Source: Octopus vulgaris
Taxonomy: Eukaryota
DNA length: 64,000 bases
Direction: 5' to 3'
NCBI GenBank assembly: GCA_951406725.2
Contig: OX597835.1
Span: 39,494,001 to 39,558,000 of the forward strand
This document shows positions 13,314 through 26,839 of this stretch, one piece after another (positions within the stretch are counted from its first letter, which is position 1; every line of letters begins with the position of its first letter). The position numbers and the translations under genes were made by a program. The notes below the pieces were generated by a model. It saw only the letters and a program-made list of their open reading frames with translations, searched no databases and was not told where the DNA came from.

Positions 13314-13405
13314 CATACGACGGGCTTCTTTCAGTTTCCGTCTACCAAATCCATTGACAAGGCTTTGGTCGGCCCGAGGCTATAGTAGAAGACACTTGCC
13401 CAAGT
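12555..13405 (-). mobile_element. SINE family A split by an insertion in its internal (TA)n tract
   Basis: 3' half at 12555-12800 and 5' half (gacgggcttctttcagtttccgtctacc...cacttgcccaag) at 13310-13405, same orientation and collinear. Confidence 0.85.
12914..13260. repeat. Near-perfect palindrome with about 169-bp arms and a 9-nt spacer
   Basis: 12914-13082 is the reverse complement of 13092-13260; only homopolymer-length differences were seen. Confidence 0.95.
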
Positions 13406-13465
13406 TGCTGGGCGAGTGGGAATTAGGGATACAAGTAAATTTAATCGCCGGTGGTAAATATCGCA

Positions 13466-13699
13466 AGGCGGTGAGCTGGCAGAAACGTTAACACTCCGGG
13501 CGAAATGCGTAGCCGTATTTCGTCTGCTGTTACGTTCTGAGTTCAAACTCCGCCGAGGTCGACTTTGCCTTTCATCCTTTCGGGATCGATAAATTAAGTA
13601 CCAGTTACGCACTGGGGTCGATGTAATAGGCTTAAGCAATTTGTCTGTCCTTGTTTGTCCCCTCTGTGTTTAGCCCCTTGAGGGTAGTAAAGAAATAGG
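13466..13699 (+). mobile_element. SINE family B, full length
   Basis: aggcggtgagctggcagaaacgttaac through gggtagtaaagaaatagg. Confidence 0.92.
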
Positions 13700-14049
13700 T
13701 AAATATTGCAAATGCGATTACAAAATGGCTAAGGTGTCAGTATTGAGACTAAGGTGGTGGAATGTACAGACGATGACCACAGCATTATCAGATAATCGCC
13801 TGATATCAGTAACACACGAAGGATTACAGTGACTAATAAAGAACTTTTTAAATATCAAGTGATCTTCGCTACCTGTTTCAGATTCAGGGATTCTGTATGA
13901 GAGAGAATAAACTTCTTACTGGCAAGGAAAGGACATAGATGAGATTAGGGTAAGTTATGCTGACTTTGCAAAAGATGGTCCAACCCAGAGAACTAGAGAC
14001 TGGGTAGAGTTTCTCACCTCGACTCCATACGTTCAATGGACTTGTCAAA

Positions 14050-14284
14050 CTTATTTCTTTATCGCCCACAAGGGGCTAAACATAGAGGGGAGAAACAAGG
14101 ACAGCCAAAGGGATTAAGTCGATTACATCGACACCAGTGCGTAACTGGTACTTAATTTATCGACCCCGAAAGGATGAAAGGCAAAGTCGATCTCGGCGTA
14201 ATTTGAACTCAGAACGTAACGGCAGACGAAATACCGCTAAGCATTTCGCCCTGCGTGCTAACGTTTCTGCCAGCTCGCCGCCTT
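14050..14284 (-). mobile_element. SINE family B, full length
   Basis: Reverse complement of 13466-13699. Confidence 0.92.
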
Positions 14285-14289
14285 GAACT

Positions 14290-14400
14290 TTGGTGCTTTG
14301 TTTTCCCAGGACAAAAAGGGAATGTTGTATCGCTTCAGATTATCTTTTAGTTTGTCTTTTAAACGCAAGAGTATCCTTCCAACTTGCCTTCCTGTTGGGA
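14290..14400 (-). mobile_element. RTE 3' fragment; a second related copy lies at about 15787-15900
   Basis: The minus strand reads ILLRLKDKLKDNLKRYNIPFLSWENKA, typical of the RTE C-terminus. Confidence 0.65.
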
Positions 14401-15327
14401 GTTGATGCCAATAATTTGAACAATAATGGACTTGTCGACCTTGTCAATGTCTATCTCCGACATTATACTCTACACAAAATACAAGGATGTATTCTGTGAT
14501 CAACGCTGAAGGAAAATTCAGGATATTCCAATCCATGAACCGCTACAACTGCTTGGTGACTTAACCCTACAGTGGTCACCGGTTACGAATCTCGGTCAAA
14601 CTACCTGAAGCAGTATGAAAGGCAACACTCCATAGAATTTGTGCCACAAACATTTACACAATAAAACTTAGCACAAAGACTCTTGGAGACATCTCTGTTT
14701 CAAAAACTGAAACCAACTACGCCAGGAACTCACAAGAAGCTTCCAGTTGAGGAATGTGTTAATGACTTGGTCCTTCCAGATTACCGACTGCAAGACAAGT
14801 CACTCTCAGGTGTGCAGCTAGATGCCACTTCAACCGAAAGCAGATACAGACTATGAGGCTACTTATCAAGCAACCTATTGATGTGACTGGCATGACAGCG
14901 AAATAAAGGGCGAAAGTTCAAGTTACTGGAGGATGTCCTTTCTGCAAATACCTCTTTCGGTCATGCACGGTGAACTTTCCCTGCGGTGAATTGATGACGG
15001 TGAACTTACTGTACATGGCCTGAGACGGGCACTGAACATCAAATGGACTGATCAAGTGACCAAGGATGGGATCGTGAGATCGTGCGCAATACACAGATTT
15101 CTAAATTTACTGCAGTAACGTCGCTTCCGCATGTTAGACAGGTGGTTTCTAAAACACCAACTCTATGGTGAACCAGCATCCTGCAAGAGAACACGAGGTC
15201 AATCCCATACTCGATTTCAAAATATCTGCAAGGAAGACGTGAAGCGTTTATTTACATGGACATACAAAAGTGAAAGACATTGCTGATAATCGATGCCTCT
15301 GGAAACTAGAGACGGTCAAAGGCTTGA

Positions 15328-15546
15328 CTCTTTAGCGTTTAAACGAGCCATGTCCGGCACAAATATTCTTTATGGTTTATGTTCAAACGGAGCAGAGCTG
15401 GTCTCTCACACCTCCCCTGCAATGTCATTCTAAAAATAACCAATCACATTATCAAATCTCAAAGCTACAAGATAATGCATGATTAATTCAAAATAATGTG
15501 AATAAATAAACATTACATTTGATAAGGTAATTTGATTGCTAAAAGG
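15328..15546. mobile_element. piggyBac-type MITE
   Basis: ttga|ctctttagc at the left and gctaaaagg|ttaa at the right: degenerate CCCTTTAGC TIRs with a TTAA-like target duplication. Confidence 0.65.
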
Positions 15547-16607
15547 TTAAGAAGACCTGCAGAAAGAGGATGAGGGTCAGTGATAAAGAAAAGCAAAATC
15601 AGCGAAGAAGAAGCACCGTGACCATTTGAACATGTACTTCTTTATATATCATTTTTACTCTTTAGTCTTACTTTTTTTTCAGTGATTAGGCTGTGACCAG
15701 CAGAGGCTTTACCTTTTTCATATCGACTCCAGCGATTATGCATGAATAAATAGGCAGGCAGTGAGCTGGCAAAATTGTTAGCAAAATTGTTGCTTTGTTT
15801 TTCCAGGAAGAAAAGGGAATGTTGTATCGCTTCAGATTGTCTTTTCGCTCGTCTTTTAAACGCAAGAGTAGCCCTCCAACTAATCTTCCTGTTGGGAGTT
15901 GGCTAAAGAGAAGTTGCTGAGCCCTACTTATAATTATATATATATATAAGTTGCGAAGAAATTAATTAAAACCAGAACTAGTTTTCATTATGATGTTTCG
16001 TATCAAAAATGTCAGATGTAAACAAACAATGAGATCGAAGATGGAAAAAGGGTAATGGATTTACATGCCATATTTCGAGAGGTTTTGCTCCTTCACCAGC
16101 ACCCATCCAACCCCTTAATCATTCACAAACACATTGTATAACACTTCGTGGGCCGGCAGGGTTGGAATTACACAAAAGGCCATTGGGGTCCACTGTTATT
16201 ATTGCCCATTTCCGCACTAGCTATCAAGAAATATTTGTTTAATCTTGTGTGAGTGCATGATACAGAACAAGAAATTTAGCACTTTATAGGTATTTATTTG
16301 TAATTATTAGCGTTTAATGGAGGAGAATTAAAATATAATTTATTGACTGAAAAAAAATCCTTTATTGAAAGAAATCAATATTTTTTATAGTTTTATAAAC
16401 TATACATATAACACTAAATATAAAGTAAAACAAAATTATTTAGTATATCGATTCATACCTGAACAAATACGAAGAAAATTGAATACGAAAATTGAAAATA
16501 CGAAGAAAATATCTGAAAAAGGAACAGGAAAAAAAATTTCACAGATGGCCAATGGGGTCCAGTTGGAACCAAATGGCCATATTTTATGCTGCAACATCCA
16601 TAAGTTT

Positions 16608-17002
16608 GGGAAGTGGCTGTGTGGTAAGTAGCTTGCTAACCAACCACATGGTTCCGGGTTCAGTCCCACTGCGTGGCATCGTGGGCAAGTATCTCCTGCT
16701 ATAGCCCCGGGCCGACCAAAGCCTTGTGAGTCGATTTGGTTGACGGAAACTGAAAAAGAAGCCCGTCATATAATGTATGTATATGTGTGTGTGTGTGTAT
16801 ATGTTTGTCCCCCTAGCATTGCTTGACAACCGATGCTGGTATGTTTATATCCCGTCACTTAGCGGTTCGGCAAAAGAGACCGCTAGAATAAGTACTGGGC
16901 TTACAAAAGAATAAGTCCCGGGGTCGAGTTGCTCGACTAAAGGCGGTGCTCCAGCATGGCCGCAGTCAAGTGAGTGAAACAAGTAAAAGAGTAAAAGAGA
17001 GA
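16608..17002 (+). mobile_element. SINE family A
   Basis: Full-length alignment to the other family A copies. Confidence 0.92.
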
Positions 17003-17220
17003 GTATTTGCATTCATAAACGAGATGTCACGAGATGTAAAGTCATTTAAATAAAAAATGTAAAAGTTGCATAACTTTTAAAATTTGCTGAGGTTCCAGGG
17101 GACCCCTCCAGGTCATGAAGGATTAAATAGCCCCTAAATACAGCGCTGTGACGTTATTGGATACACCAATTTTACATGTTAGACACAGCTGATGATCGGA
17201 AACGAGTTCTGGAACTTGGA

Positions 17221-17634
17221 ACTCTTTACTCTTTTACTTGTTTCAGTCATTTGACTGCGGCCATCCTGGAGCACCGCCTTTTAGTCGAGCAAATCGACCC
17301 CAGGACTTATTCTTTGTAAGCCTAGTACTTATCCTATCGGTCTCTTTTGCCGAACCGCTAAGTAGCGGGGGCGTAAACACACCAGCATCGGTTGTCAAGC
17401 GATGTTGGTGAGACAAACACAGACACACAAACACACACACACACACACATATATATACATACATATATATACGACGGGCTTCTTTCAGTTTCCGTCTACC
17501 AAATCCACTCACGAGGCTTTGGTCGGCCCGAGGCTATAGTAGAAGACACTTGCCCAAGGTGCCACGCAGTGGGACTGAACCCGGAACTGTGTGGTTGGTA
17601 AGCAAGCTACTTACCACACAGCCACTCCTGCGCC
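17221..17634 (-). mobile_element. SINE family A
   Basis: Full-length reverse complement of the family consensus. Confidence 0.93.
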
Positions 17635-17721
17635 TATAAAATTTGTGCCAATCATTTAAAGAATGCCCTAAATTTCTGTTGAGTCATATACTTTATCAGG
17701 TGAATCACACACGTACGCAGA

Positions 17722-17780
<59 letters not shown>

Positions 17781-17820
17781 CAGAGAGAGTTACAGCGGTT
17801 CTAACACATTTATTCACAAA

Positions 17821-18249
17821 GGCGAAGAAGTGGCTGTGTGGTAAGTAGCTTGCTGCATGGTAAGTACATTGCTTACCAACAGCATGATTCTGGGTTCAGT
17901 TCCACTGTGTGGCAACTTGGGTATATGTCTTCTACTATAGCCTCGGGCCGACCAAAACCTTGTGATTGGATTTGGTAGACGGAAACTGAAAGAAGCCCAT
18001 CATATATATGTATATGTATATATATGTATGTGTGCAGATATGTTTGTGTGTCTGTGTTTGTCCCCACAACATCGCTTCACAACCGATGCTGGTATGTTTA
18101 CGTCTCCGTAATTTAGCGGATCAGCAAAAGACACCGATAGAATAAGTACTGGACTTCCAAAGAATAAGTTCTGGGGTCGATTTGCTCGACTAAAGCCGGT
18201 GCTCCAGCATGGCCGCAGTCAAATGACTGAAGCAAGTAAGAGAGTAAAG
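17821..18249 (+). mobile_element. SINE family A with a small duplication in the head
   Basis: gtggtaagtagcttgctgcatggtaagtacattgcttacc, followed by a normal body and tail. Confidence 0.9.
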
Positions 18250-18639
18250 TAACTGCACAGTGGGACTAAACAGGATTCCTCGACTTCGCAGAGCGAAATT
18301 CTTCACCGCAGAGCCATAGATTCCTGTGCGCATGTGCAGTGGCATGTGCATGTGTATGTGTATGTGTGTATGTAAGTGTGTGCGTGTGTGTGGCGTGGAT
18401 ACTTAGGAAACAGGGGAGAGATCTGATGTAGAAATAAGTTGTTATGATGCAGTAACGGATTACGTTGAGTAATCGGACGCAAGCATAGTAATACAACACA
18501 CACACACGAACACACACATACACACACACACACACACACACATACACACACGTACACACACATACACACACATACACATATACACACTTCACTGAGGGTC
18601 ACTCAGCCTTCTAAACTTTCTAACTCTCTCTTTCTCTCT

Positions 18640-18660
18640 CTTTCTGTCTATCTCTCTGTC

Positions 18661-18747
<87 letters not shown>

Positions 18748-18800
18748 GTCTGTCTGTCTGTCTGTCTGGCTGGCTGGCTGGCTGGCTGGTTGTCTGGCTG

Positions 18801-18875
<75 letters not shown>

Positions 18876-18900
18876 GGCTGGCTGTCTGTCTCTCTATCCA

Positions 18901-18957
<57 letters not shown>

Positions 18958-19504
18958 CTATCTAGCTATCTATCTATCTCTCTATATATCTATATCTTCC
19001 CTCTCTCACCCTCTCTCCAGCTCACCATATCCTTATCCGAATGCGCACGCATACACTCCCTCTCATAACATACACAACCTCCCCTTCCACTCTCTCTTTC
19101 TCTTTCTCTCTCTCTCTCTCTCTCTCTATCACACACACACAAGTATGTATATATGTGCATTTATATTTATGTAGAAAGAGAGAGGGAGGGGACAGTGACA
19201 TGAAAGAGAGATCATATATAATTATGAAGTAATGTGTGCGCGCGCGTGTATGTCTGTCGATATATATATGTGCGTGCGTGTGCGTGTGCGTGTGTATATG
19301 TATATACGTATATAGGATCATCTGTATTATATATACGCTTATATATATATACATGTATGTATATATGTGTATACGTAGCGCTTACATATACATATATTCA
19401 CTCACACACACGCGCACACATTCACTCATACACAAACCCACGCACACATATACAAATATACATACGTACATATATATATATATGCACACATACACACACA
19501 CACG

Positions 19505-19555
<51 letters not shown>

Positions 19556-19597
19556 GCTTGTGCGCATGTGTGTATCTGCTTGCTGAGTGTGTGTGTC

Positions 19598-19635
<38 letters not shown>

Positions 19636-19745
19636 GATTGTTCATTCCCACTTATCTTGGCTTTAAAATCTAAATATCTCTTTAAATATCAATCTTGATA
19701 CTTGATATGTTTTATATATACACAACCGTAGAAAACTGCGTGTAT

Positions 19746-19837
<92 letters not shown>

Positions 19838-20577
19838 GCATATATGTATGTGTATATACAGGCGTGCGCACACACTCACACACATACACACATAGACACA
19901 CATGCACGCACACACATATATGATACATATATACATACATATATAAATGTGTATAGCTTTCTGTATTCAAAATAGGCAGAAACACACTTAAATATGTTTT
20001 GCGTATGCAAACATATTAGTTTACGTCTGTATGGGTATATATATGCATTTGCATACATCTATGTATGTGTATTTACACATGCATTTACACACACATATAC
20101 TGATTCTTTATTTTACACACACATATACATACATATCTGCATCAACATGTATACCTACATAATTATATGTATGTATGCATGCATGTATGTATGTATCCTT
20201 CTATGTATGTATCCTTCTATGTATGTATCCTTCTATGTATGTATGTATGTATGTATGTATGTATGTATGTATGTATGTATGTATGTATGTATGTATGTAT
20301 GTATGTATGTATGTGTGTGTGTGTATGTATATGCTGCTGTGTAATTATCTATAATTCTGAAAATATGATATGCTTTTAGATAGATATATTAACATGTGTA
20401 TGTGTATATGTTTACATATATATATATACACATATATATACACACATATGAATATATGAATATATATATGTATATAGAAATATGCATGTATCTATATATG
20501 TATATATATATGTATATACAGGCATATCTTATATAGATATATACGTCTGTATAATATATACGTATCTGTATGTATGC

Positions 20578-20626
<49 letters not shown>

Positions 20627-20660
20627 CACATATGTATATATACACATATATACATATATA
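18640..20660. repeat. Compound microsatellite field: (CT)n, (ATCT)n, (TA)n, (CA)n, (ATGT)n
   Basis: Direct reading of the sequence. Confidence 0.95.
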
Positions 20661-21298
20661 TATATGGCCGACTTATCAAAATTTACTCCCCCCGCTGCTC
20701 CCCTGCCCTGGCTATATATGACCAGGCTTCAAAGAGTAAAGTCTATATTTTAGGCGCCAGAGTTGATTCCGTCGTAAGGGTATTGAACCTAATAACAGAG
20801 CGCACCCTAGCGGCTGAGGAGGTAAAAAAAAATAACACAGCCTTAACAAACAAGGCAACAAACAACCAGAACAACAACAACAACAACAACAACAACATCA
20901 ACAACAATAGTAAATAACATGAAACACTGTCTGAATAATGATTGTGTAGCAGTGTTTATCTAATTTCCGTGTTTGGTGGGGGGTGGGGGTGTACGTGTGG
21001 TTGTGTGTGTGTATGTGTGTGTGTGTGTGTAAGTACATGTATCACATAATAATGATGACGGTTGTGATGATGATGATGATGATGACGATGTTGATGATGA
21101 TGACGATGATGACGACGACGATGATGATGCTAATTGAGGTGGTGGTGATGTTGATGATTATGATAATTGTTGTAGTGGTGATGATGATGGTGGCGGTGTT
21201 GGCAGTGGTGTTGATGCCGATGGTGGTGGTGGTGGTGGTGCTAGTCGTGGTGGTGGTGGTGATGGTGGTTGTGGTGGTGGTGGTGGTGATGGTGATGG

Positions 21299-21336
<38 letters not shown>

Positions 21337-21489
21337 GCGATTGTGGTGCTTGTGGTGATAGTTTGTAGTGGTACTGGTGGTGGCGATGATGAAGATGGTA
21401 ATGATGGTAATGATAATGATGATGGTGAAGACGACGACGGCAACAATGATGATGACGATCTTACTTTGATGGCGTGATAATGATAATAA

Positions 21490-21725
21490 TTATTCAGGAA
21501 CCTTTGGAGTGGGATGGGCTGCTCAGCCTGGAGAAAATTCTAAGTGGACCCCACCTGCAATGTCATGAGAGGTTTAACTTGATTTAAGTTCACCATGTAG
21601 CGCGCATACATGATGCATGTGCCTGATGTACCCTTATCAGACGGGTAGTCATGATGGGTATATTGGGCTCCGTATAATTGTACCCCAGTGTCACTTTGAT
21701 GGCATGCACTGCTGTCTCAGTCAGT
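21490..21725 (+). mobile_element. 3' part of another SINE-like repeat ending in (GAT)n
   Basis: cccttatcagacgggtagtcatgatgggtatattgggc...gatggcatgcactgc followed by (GAT)n; recognised from recall of octopus repeats. Confidence 0.5.
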
Positions 21726-21744
21726 GATGATGATGACGACGACG

Positions 21745-22396
21745 ATAAATCTGATAAAGGCAAAGATCGACAAAATCCAGCCAGACAAGAAATATAGAAT
21801 CTGTAGGAAAGGAGACGAGAGTTTCAATCAGATTTTGAATGAGTGCAGTACACTATCTCAAAAGGAGTATAAGCCCAGACATGGCTGTATAGGCAAAACA
21901 GTGAATTGGAATGCCAGCTGAGTGTTTGGCTTGAAAAGATTTTTTTAAAATGGTGTGAACACCTACTAGAGGCATGATAGATAATGAGAATTACAAGATC
22001 TTGTGGGATTTCGCCAGAGAGACTGAGCATACTATTGAAGCAAGAAGACCAGGTATAGGAAAGAAAATAAACAAACCCTGTAAGATCACAGATTTTGCCA
22101 TTCCCTGTGATAGGAGAGTCAATGTCAAAGAAATTGAAAAAAAATGAGAAATATTGAGATCTAGCCAGAGAAGTTAGGAGACTGTGGAAGATGAAGGCAA
22201 GAGTTATTCTTGTAGTAAATGGTGCACTTGGAACAACACCCAAAAGGCTGGAAGAGATTGGAATTGACATTCGTATTGTCGACCTTCGGAAAAGTACTGT
22301 CCAATATTCTGCAGGAATCCTAAGGAAGACTCTTGAGATTTGAGGAGACTTTTGTCCACCAAACCTCAATTGCTAATTAAAACAGCATGCACTAGC
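21745..22396 (+). mobile_element. R4/Dong-clade (RLE-type) non-LTR retrotransposon 3' fragment, old and frameshifted
   Basis: INLIKAKIDKIQPDKKYRICRKGDESFNQILNECSTLSQKEYKPRH (degenerate CCHC knuckle), then YKILWDF, DFAIPCD, DLAREVRRLW and NGALGTTPK (PD..D-type RLE). The 3' end abuts (TAA)n. Confidence 0.85.
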
Positions 22397-22463
<67 letters not shown>

Positions 22464-22471
22464 TGATGATG

Positions 22472-22529
<58 letters not shown>

Positions 22530-22563
22530 TAATAATAATAATAATAATAATGATAATAATAAC

Positions 22564-22648
<85 letters not shown>

Positions 22649-22659
22649 ATAATAATAAT

Positions 22660-23034
22660 ACTCTTTTACTTGTTTCAGTCATTTGACTGCGGCCATGCTG
22701 GAGCACCGTTTTTAGTCGAAGAAATCGACCCCGGGACTTATTCTTTGTAAGCCTACTACTTATTCTATCGGTCAATTTTGCCGAACCGCTAAGTGACGGG
22801 GACGTAAACATACCAGCATCAGTTGTCAAGCGATGCTGCGGGACAAATACAAACACACAAACACAGACACATACACACACATACACACACATACACACAC
22901 ATACATATATACGACGGGCTTCTTTCAGTTTCCGTATAGTAGAAGACACTTGCCCAAGGTGCCACGCAGGGGGACTGAACCCGGAACCATGTGGTTGGTA
23001 AGCAAGCTACTTACCCCACAGCCACTCCTGCGCC
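22660..23034 (-). mobile_element. SINE family A with an internal deletion, inserted in an (AAT)n array
   Basis: Flanked by tataataata on both sides; lacks the ctaccaaatcc...cgaggct segment. Confidence 0.9.
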
Positions 23035-23074
23035 TATAATAATGATAATAATCATAATAATAAAGATGATGATG

Positions 23075-23816
<742 letters not shown>

Positions 23817-23849
23817 TGATGATGATGATGATAATAATAATATCATTAT

Positions 23850-24292
23850 TAACCTCGGAAGGTTTACAAATGAATCGAAGACGTTATACGACGATAAAAT
23901 GTGGGACAACATGTAAGAGAGTGTAAACAGAAAATAACGGTTACAGTAAGTTTTCATAAAAAGAGAGACAACGCCTTAAAAGGAAACACCACAAGACCAG
24001 GCTTCCCATGACTAATAAAGCAAGTGTCTTGTCTCTGTTGTTCTCCTCCTGTCTACAGACCTTTGTTCAGAGTAGGTCTATTCTGTCGAACTATGCATGC
24101 CACTCTCATCCACCTTCCAGCAAACTTGCTGTAATGCAGCACTGCTCTCTCTACTTTCACTTTCAAGGAAAGCTTGAAGAATTTCGTGAGTTCTTGACCA
24201 AACAGGAAGGTGTCTGTCTTCATGCTTTTCAGCTTGGTCTGCTACACTACATCGTTCGGCCATCAGACAGATAAAAGCTGCCTGTTTTTAGG
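23850..24292 (-). mobile_element. Tx1/L1-like LINE 3' end
   Basis: The minus strand reads GQELTKFFKLSLKVKVERAVLHYSKFAGRWMRVACIV*, resembling Tx1 ORF2 C-termini, followed by a pyrimidine-rich UTR. Confidence 0.55.
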
Positions 24293-24298
24293 AACAGT

Positions 24299-24693
24299 TC
24301 GCAGGAGTGCCTGTGTGGTAAGTAGCTTGCTTACCAACCACATGGTTCTGGGTTCAGTCCCACTGCATGGCACCTTGGGCAAGTGTATTTTTCTACTATA
24401 GCCTCGGGCCGACCAAAGCCTTGTGAGTGGATTTGGTAGACGGAAACTGAAAGAAGCCCGTCGTATATATGTATGTATGTGTGTCTGTGTTTGTCACCCA
24501 AACATCGCTTGACAACCGATGCTGGTGTGCTTACGTCACCGCAACTTAGCGGTTCGGCAAGAGAGACCAATAGAATAAGTACTAGGCTTACAAAGAATAA
24601 GTCCTGGGGTCGATTTGCTCGACTAAAGGCGGTGCTCCGGCATGGCCGCAGTCAAATGACTGAAACAAGTAAATGAGTAAAAGAGTAAAAGAG
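24299..24693 (+). mobile_element. SINE family A
   Basis: Full-length alignment to the other copies. Confidence 0.92.
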
Positions 24694-25129
24694 AATGGAC
24701 TCAGCTGATAGCCCGATCCGTCCTATACGTGACAGCAGCTGTTCGATATCATACATACATACATACATGGTGGCTGCCCCCTCGTTATCGAATATGGCCA
24801 TTGCACGAAATTCAATCACTGTTGTTATCGTGCAATGCCTGTGCAAGAAGATTTTTTTTAAAGTGAGGAAAGGCTGTGCACAGAGTCAATCCCACTCACT
24901 AAGCAACAGCAGCCATAATCCGAAAAGAAGAACAAGTCAACATCATCGGTAACCACTGAGCTGTAGGTTTTATGTCGGAGTTATCCCAGTTACCTGAGTT
25001 ACCTTCTCCTAGAAGGATGTCCTAACAAAGGCTAGAAGTCCTTCACTCCCAATGGTTAAACCGCGCGATCGGGTATTGAGTCCGATTATTTCTATGTCCC
25101 ATACATACATACATACATACATTTTTATT

Positions 25130-25265
25130 TCCTCTTTTTCCTTTCTGTCGAAGAGCGTAGGCTCGAAACGTAAAAGACTTTTCCATTTCTCCCGAGCGTC
25201 AAACTAATACACTTGCTTATTGTTCCTTCACCTGTCTTCGTCCTTGTTTTTCTATAAATTTGAAT
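25130..25265 (+). mobile_element. Penelope-like terminal fragment carrying a hammerhead-like motif at 25141-25176
   Basis: Homologous to the minus-strand fragment at 50190-50330 (gaagagcgtaggctcgaaacgt...gagcg...ctaatac...cacctg.cttcgtc). PLE assignment is inferred from the ..GAA-stem-GAAACG end and the microsatellite flanks. Confidence 0.6.
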
Positions 25266-25382
25266 TACATATATGTATATACACATATGCATATGTATTT
25301 ATACCTGTGAGTATGTAAAAATATATATGTACGTGTGCTTGTGTGTATAAGTAGATAGATATATTGATCGATCGATAGATAT

Positions 25383-25431
<49 letters not shown>

Positions 25432-25701
25432 CATATGGATTTATACATGTGTGTACAGATATACATATGTATGTATACATGTATGTTAACATGTATGTAT
25501 GTAAAAGTGTATTATGTATGTTTGTATGTGTGTATGTATGCTTGTATACATACACTTATGTATATATACATGTATGTATATACACATGTCTAAATATATT
25601 TTATATACATACTTACGTATGTATGAGAGTATGCGCGTGCGAGCGTGTGTTTGTGTGTGTATGTGTTTGTGTGTGTGTGCGTGTGTGTGTGTCTGTGTGT
25701 G

Positions 25702-25733
<32 letters not shown>

Positions 25734-25890
25734 CGTGTGTGTGTGTGTGTGTGTGAATGTTTGTAAACACTGAACAACCGTTCAATACGGTTTCTTTCTC
25801 CTTTGGTCTCTAATTTAATTAAACTTTACAAATATTGTCTTTGGTCAAATTTAGCTATTTTTTAATGTGCGCACTTGCGTACGTACACAT

Positions 25891-25927
<37 letters not shown>

Positions 25928-26261
25928 CACACATACACACATATGACATAGACAGAATCGAACGCACACCTATGTCGGCTTTGAGATCGATAAACAGTCT
26001 CTTCACAACGGAGCATGTATGGATACGTATCAATGTGTATGTGTCTGTGTATATGTGTATGTATGCATACATGAATGTGTGTATGTGTATGTGCATATGT
26101 TTAACAATATGAGTGCATGTATGTATGTGATGTATGTATGTCTGTATGTATAAACGGGTGTTGATATGTAAGCATATATATATATATGTGTACATACATG
26201 TGTAAATACATATGCATAACTATGCATACGCATATACATACTTAAGTATATCCATGCAAAC

Positions 26262-26293
<32 letters not shown>

Positions 26294-26316
26294 GCGTGCG
26301 CGTATGTGTGTGTGTA

Positions 26317-26394
<78 letters not shown>

Positions 26395-26749
26395 GGGTAG
26401 ATAGGTATGTGTATATGTCGGAAAGTTTTCAGGCGGACAGAGAAAGAGACACAAATTGCCAAACAGACAAAAAAAAAAGAAAAGAAAAAAGAAAAAATAC
26501 GGACATAATATGTTCATCAAAGAAGCCAACCTAATAAATATCAAATTTGAAATGTCATAAAATGTTTTTTATGATATTTAATAAGAAAATACGCTTGATA
26601 TCTATGATCTCGCATAACACCTTTTGATAACACTTAATATCAACTTTACCACATAATATAATAATACTAAAGTCATATGTATGTATATGTGTGTGCGTGT
26701 ATGTATGTATGAACGTTTATACACACATACATAAATATATATATATATG

Positions 26750-26839
<90 letters not shown>

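Larger units (their letters stand above)
13730..15325 (+). mobile_element. Heavily deleted RTE-clade LINE relic, interrupted by a SINE B and an inverted RTE 3' piece
   Basis: Translated fragments LRLRWWNVQTM and DIPIHEPLQLLGD (APE endonuclease-like), LRRALNIKWTDQVT, and QLYGEPASCKRTRGQ (RTE C-terminal region). Confidence 0.65.

Noticed and set aside
21824-22369. 181-aa minus-strand ORF (also 23295-23582 and 31328-31756)
   Set aside because: These are antisense frames of RLE and CR1 retrotransposon fragments.
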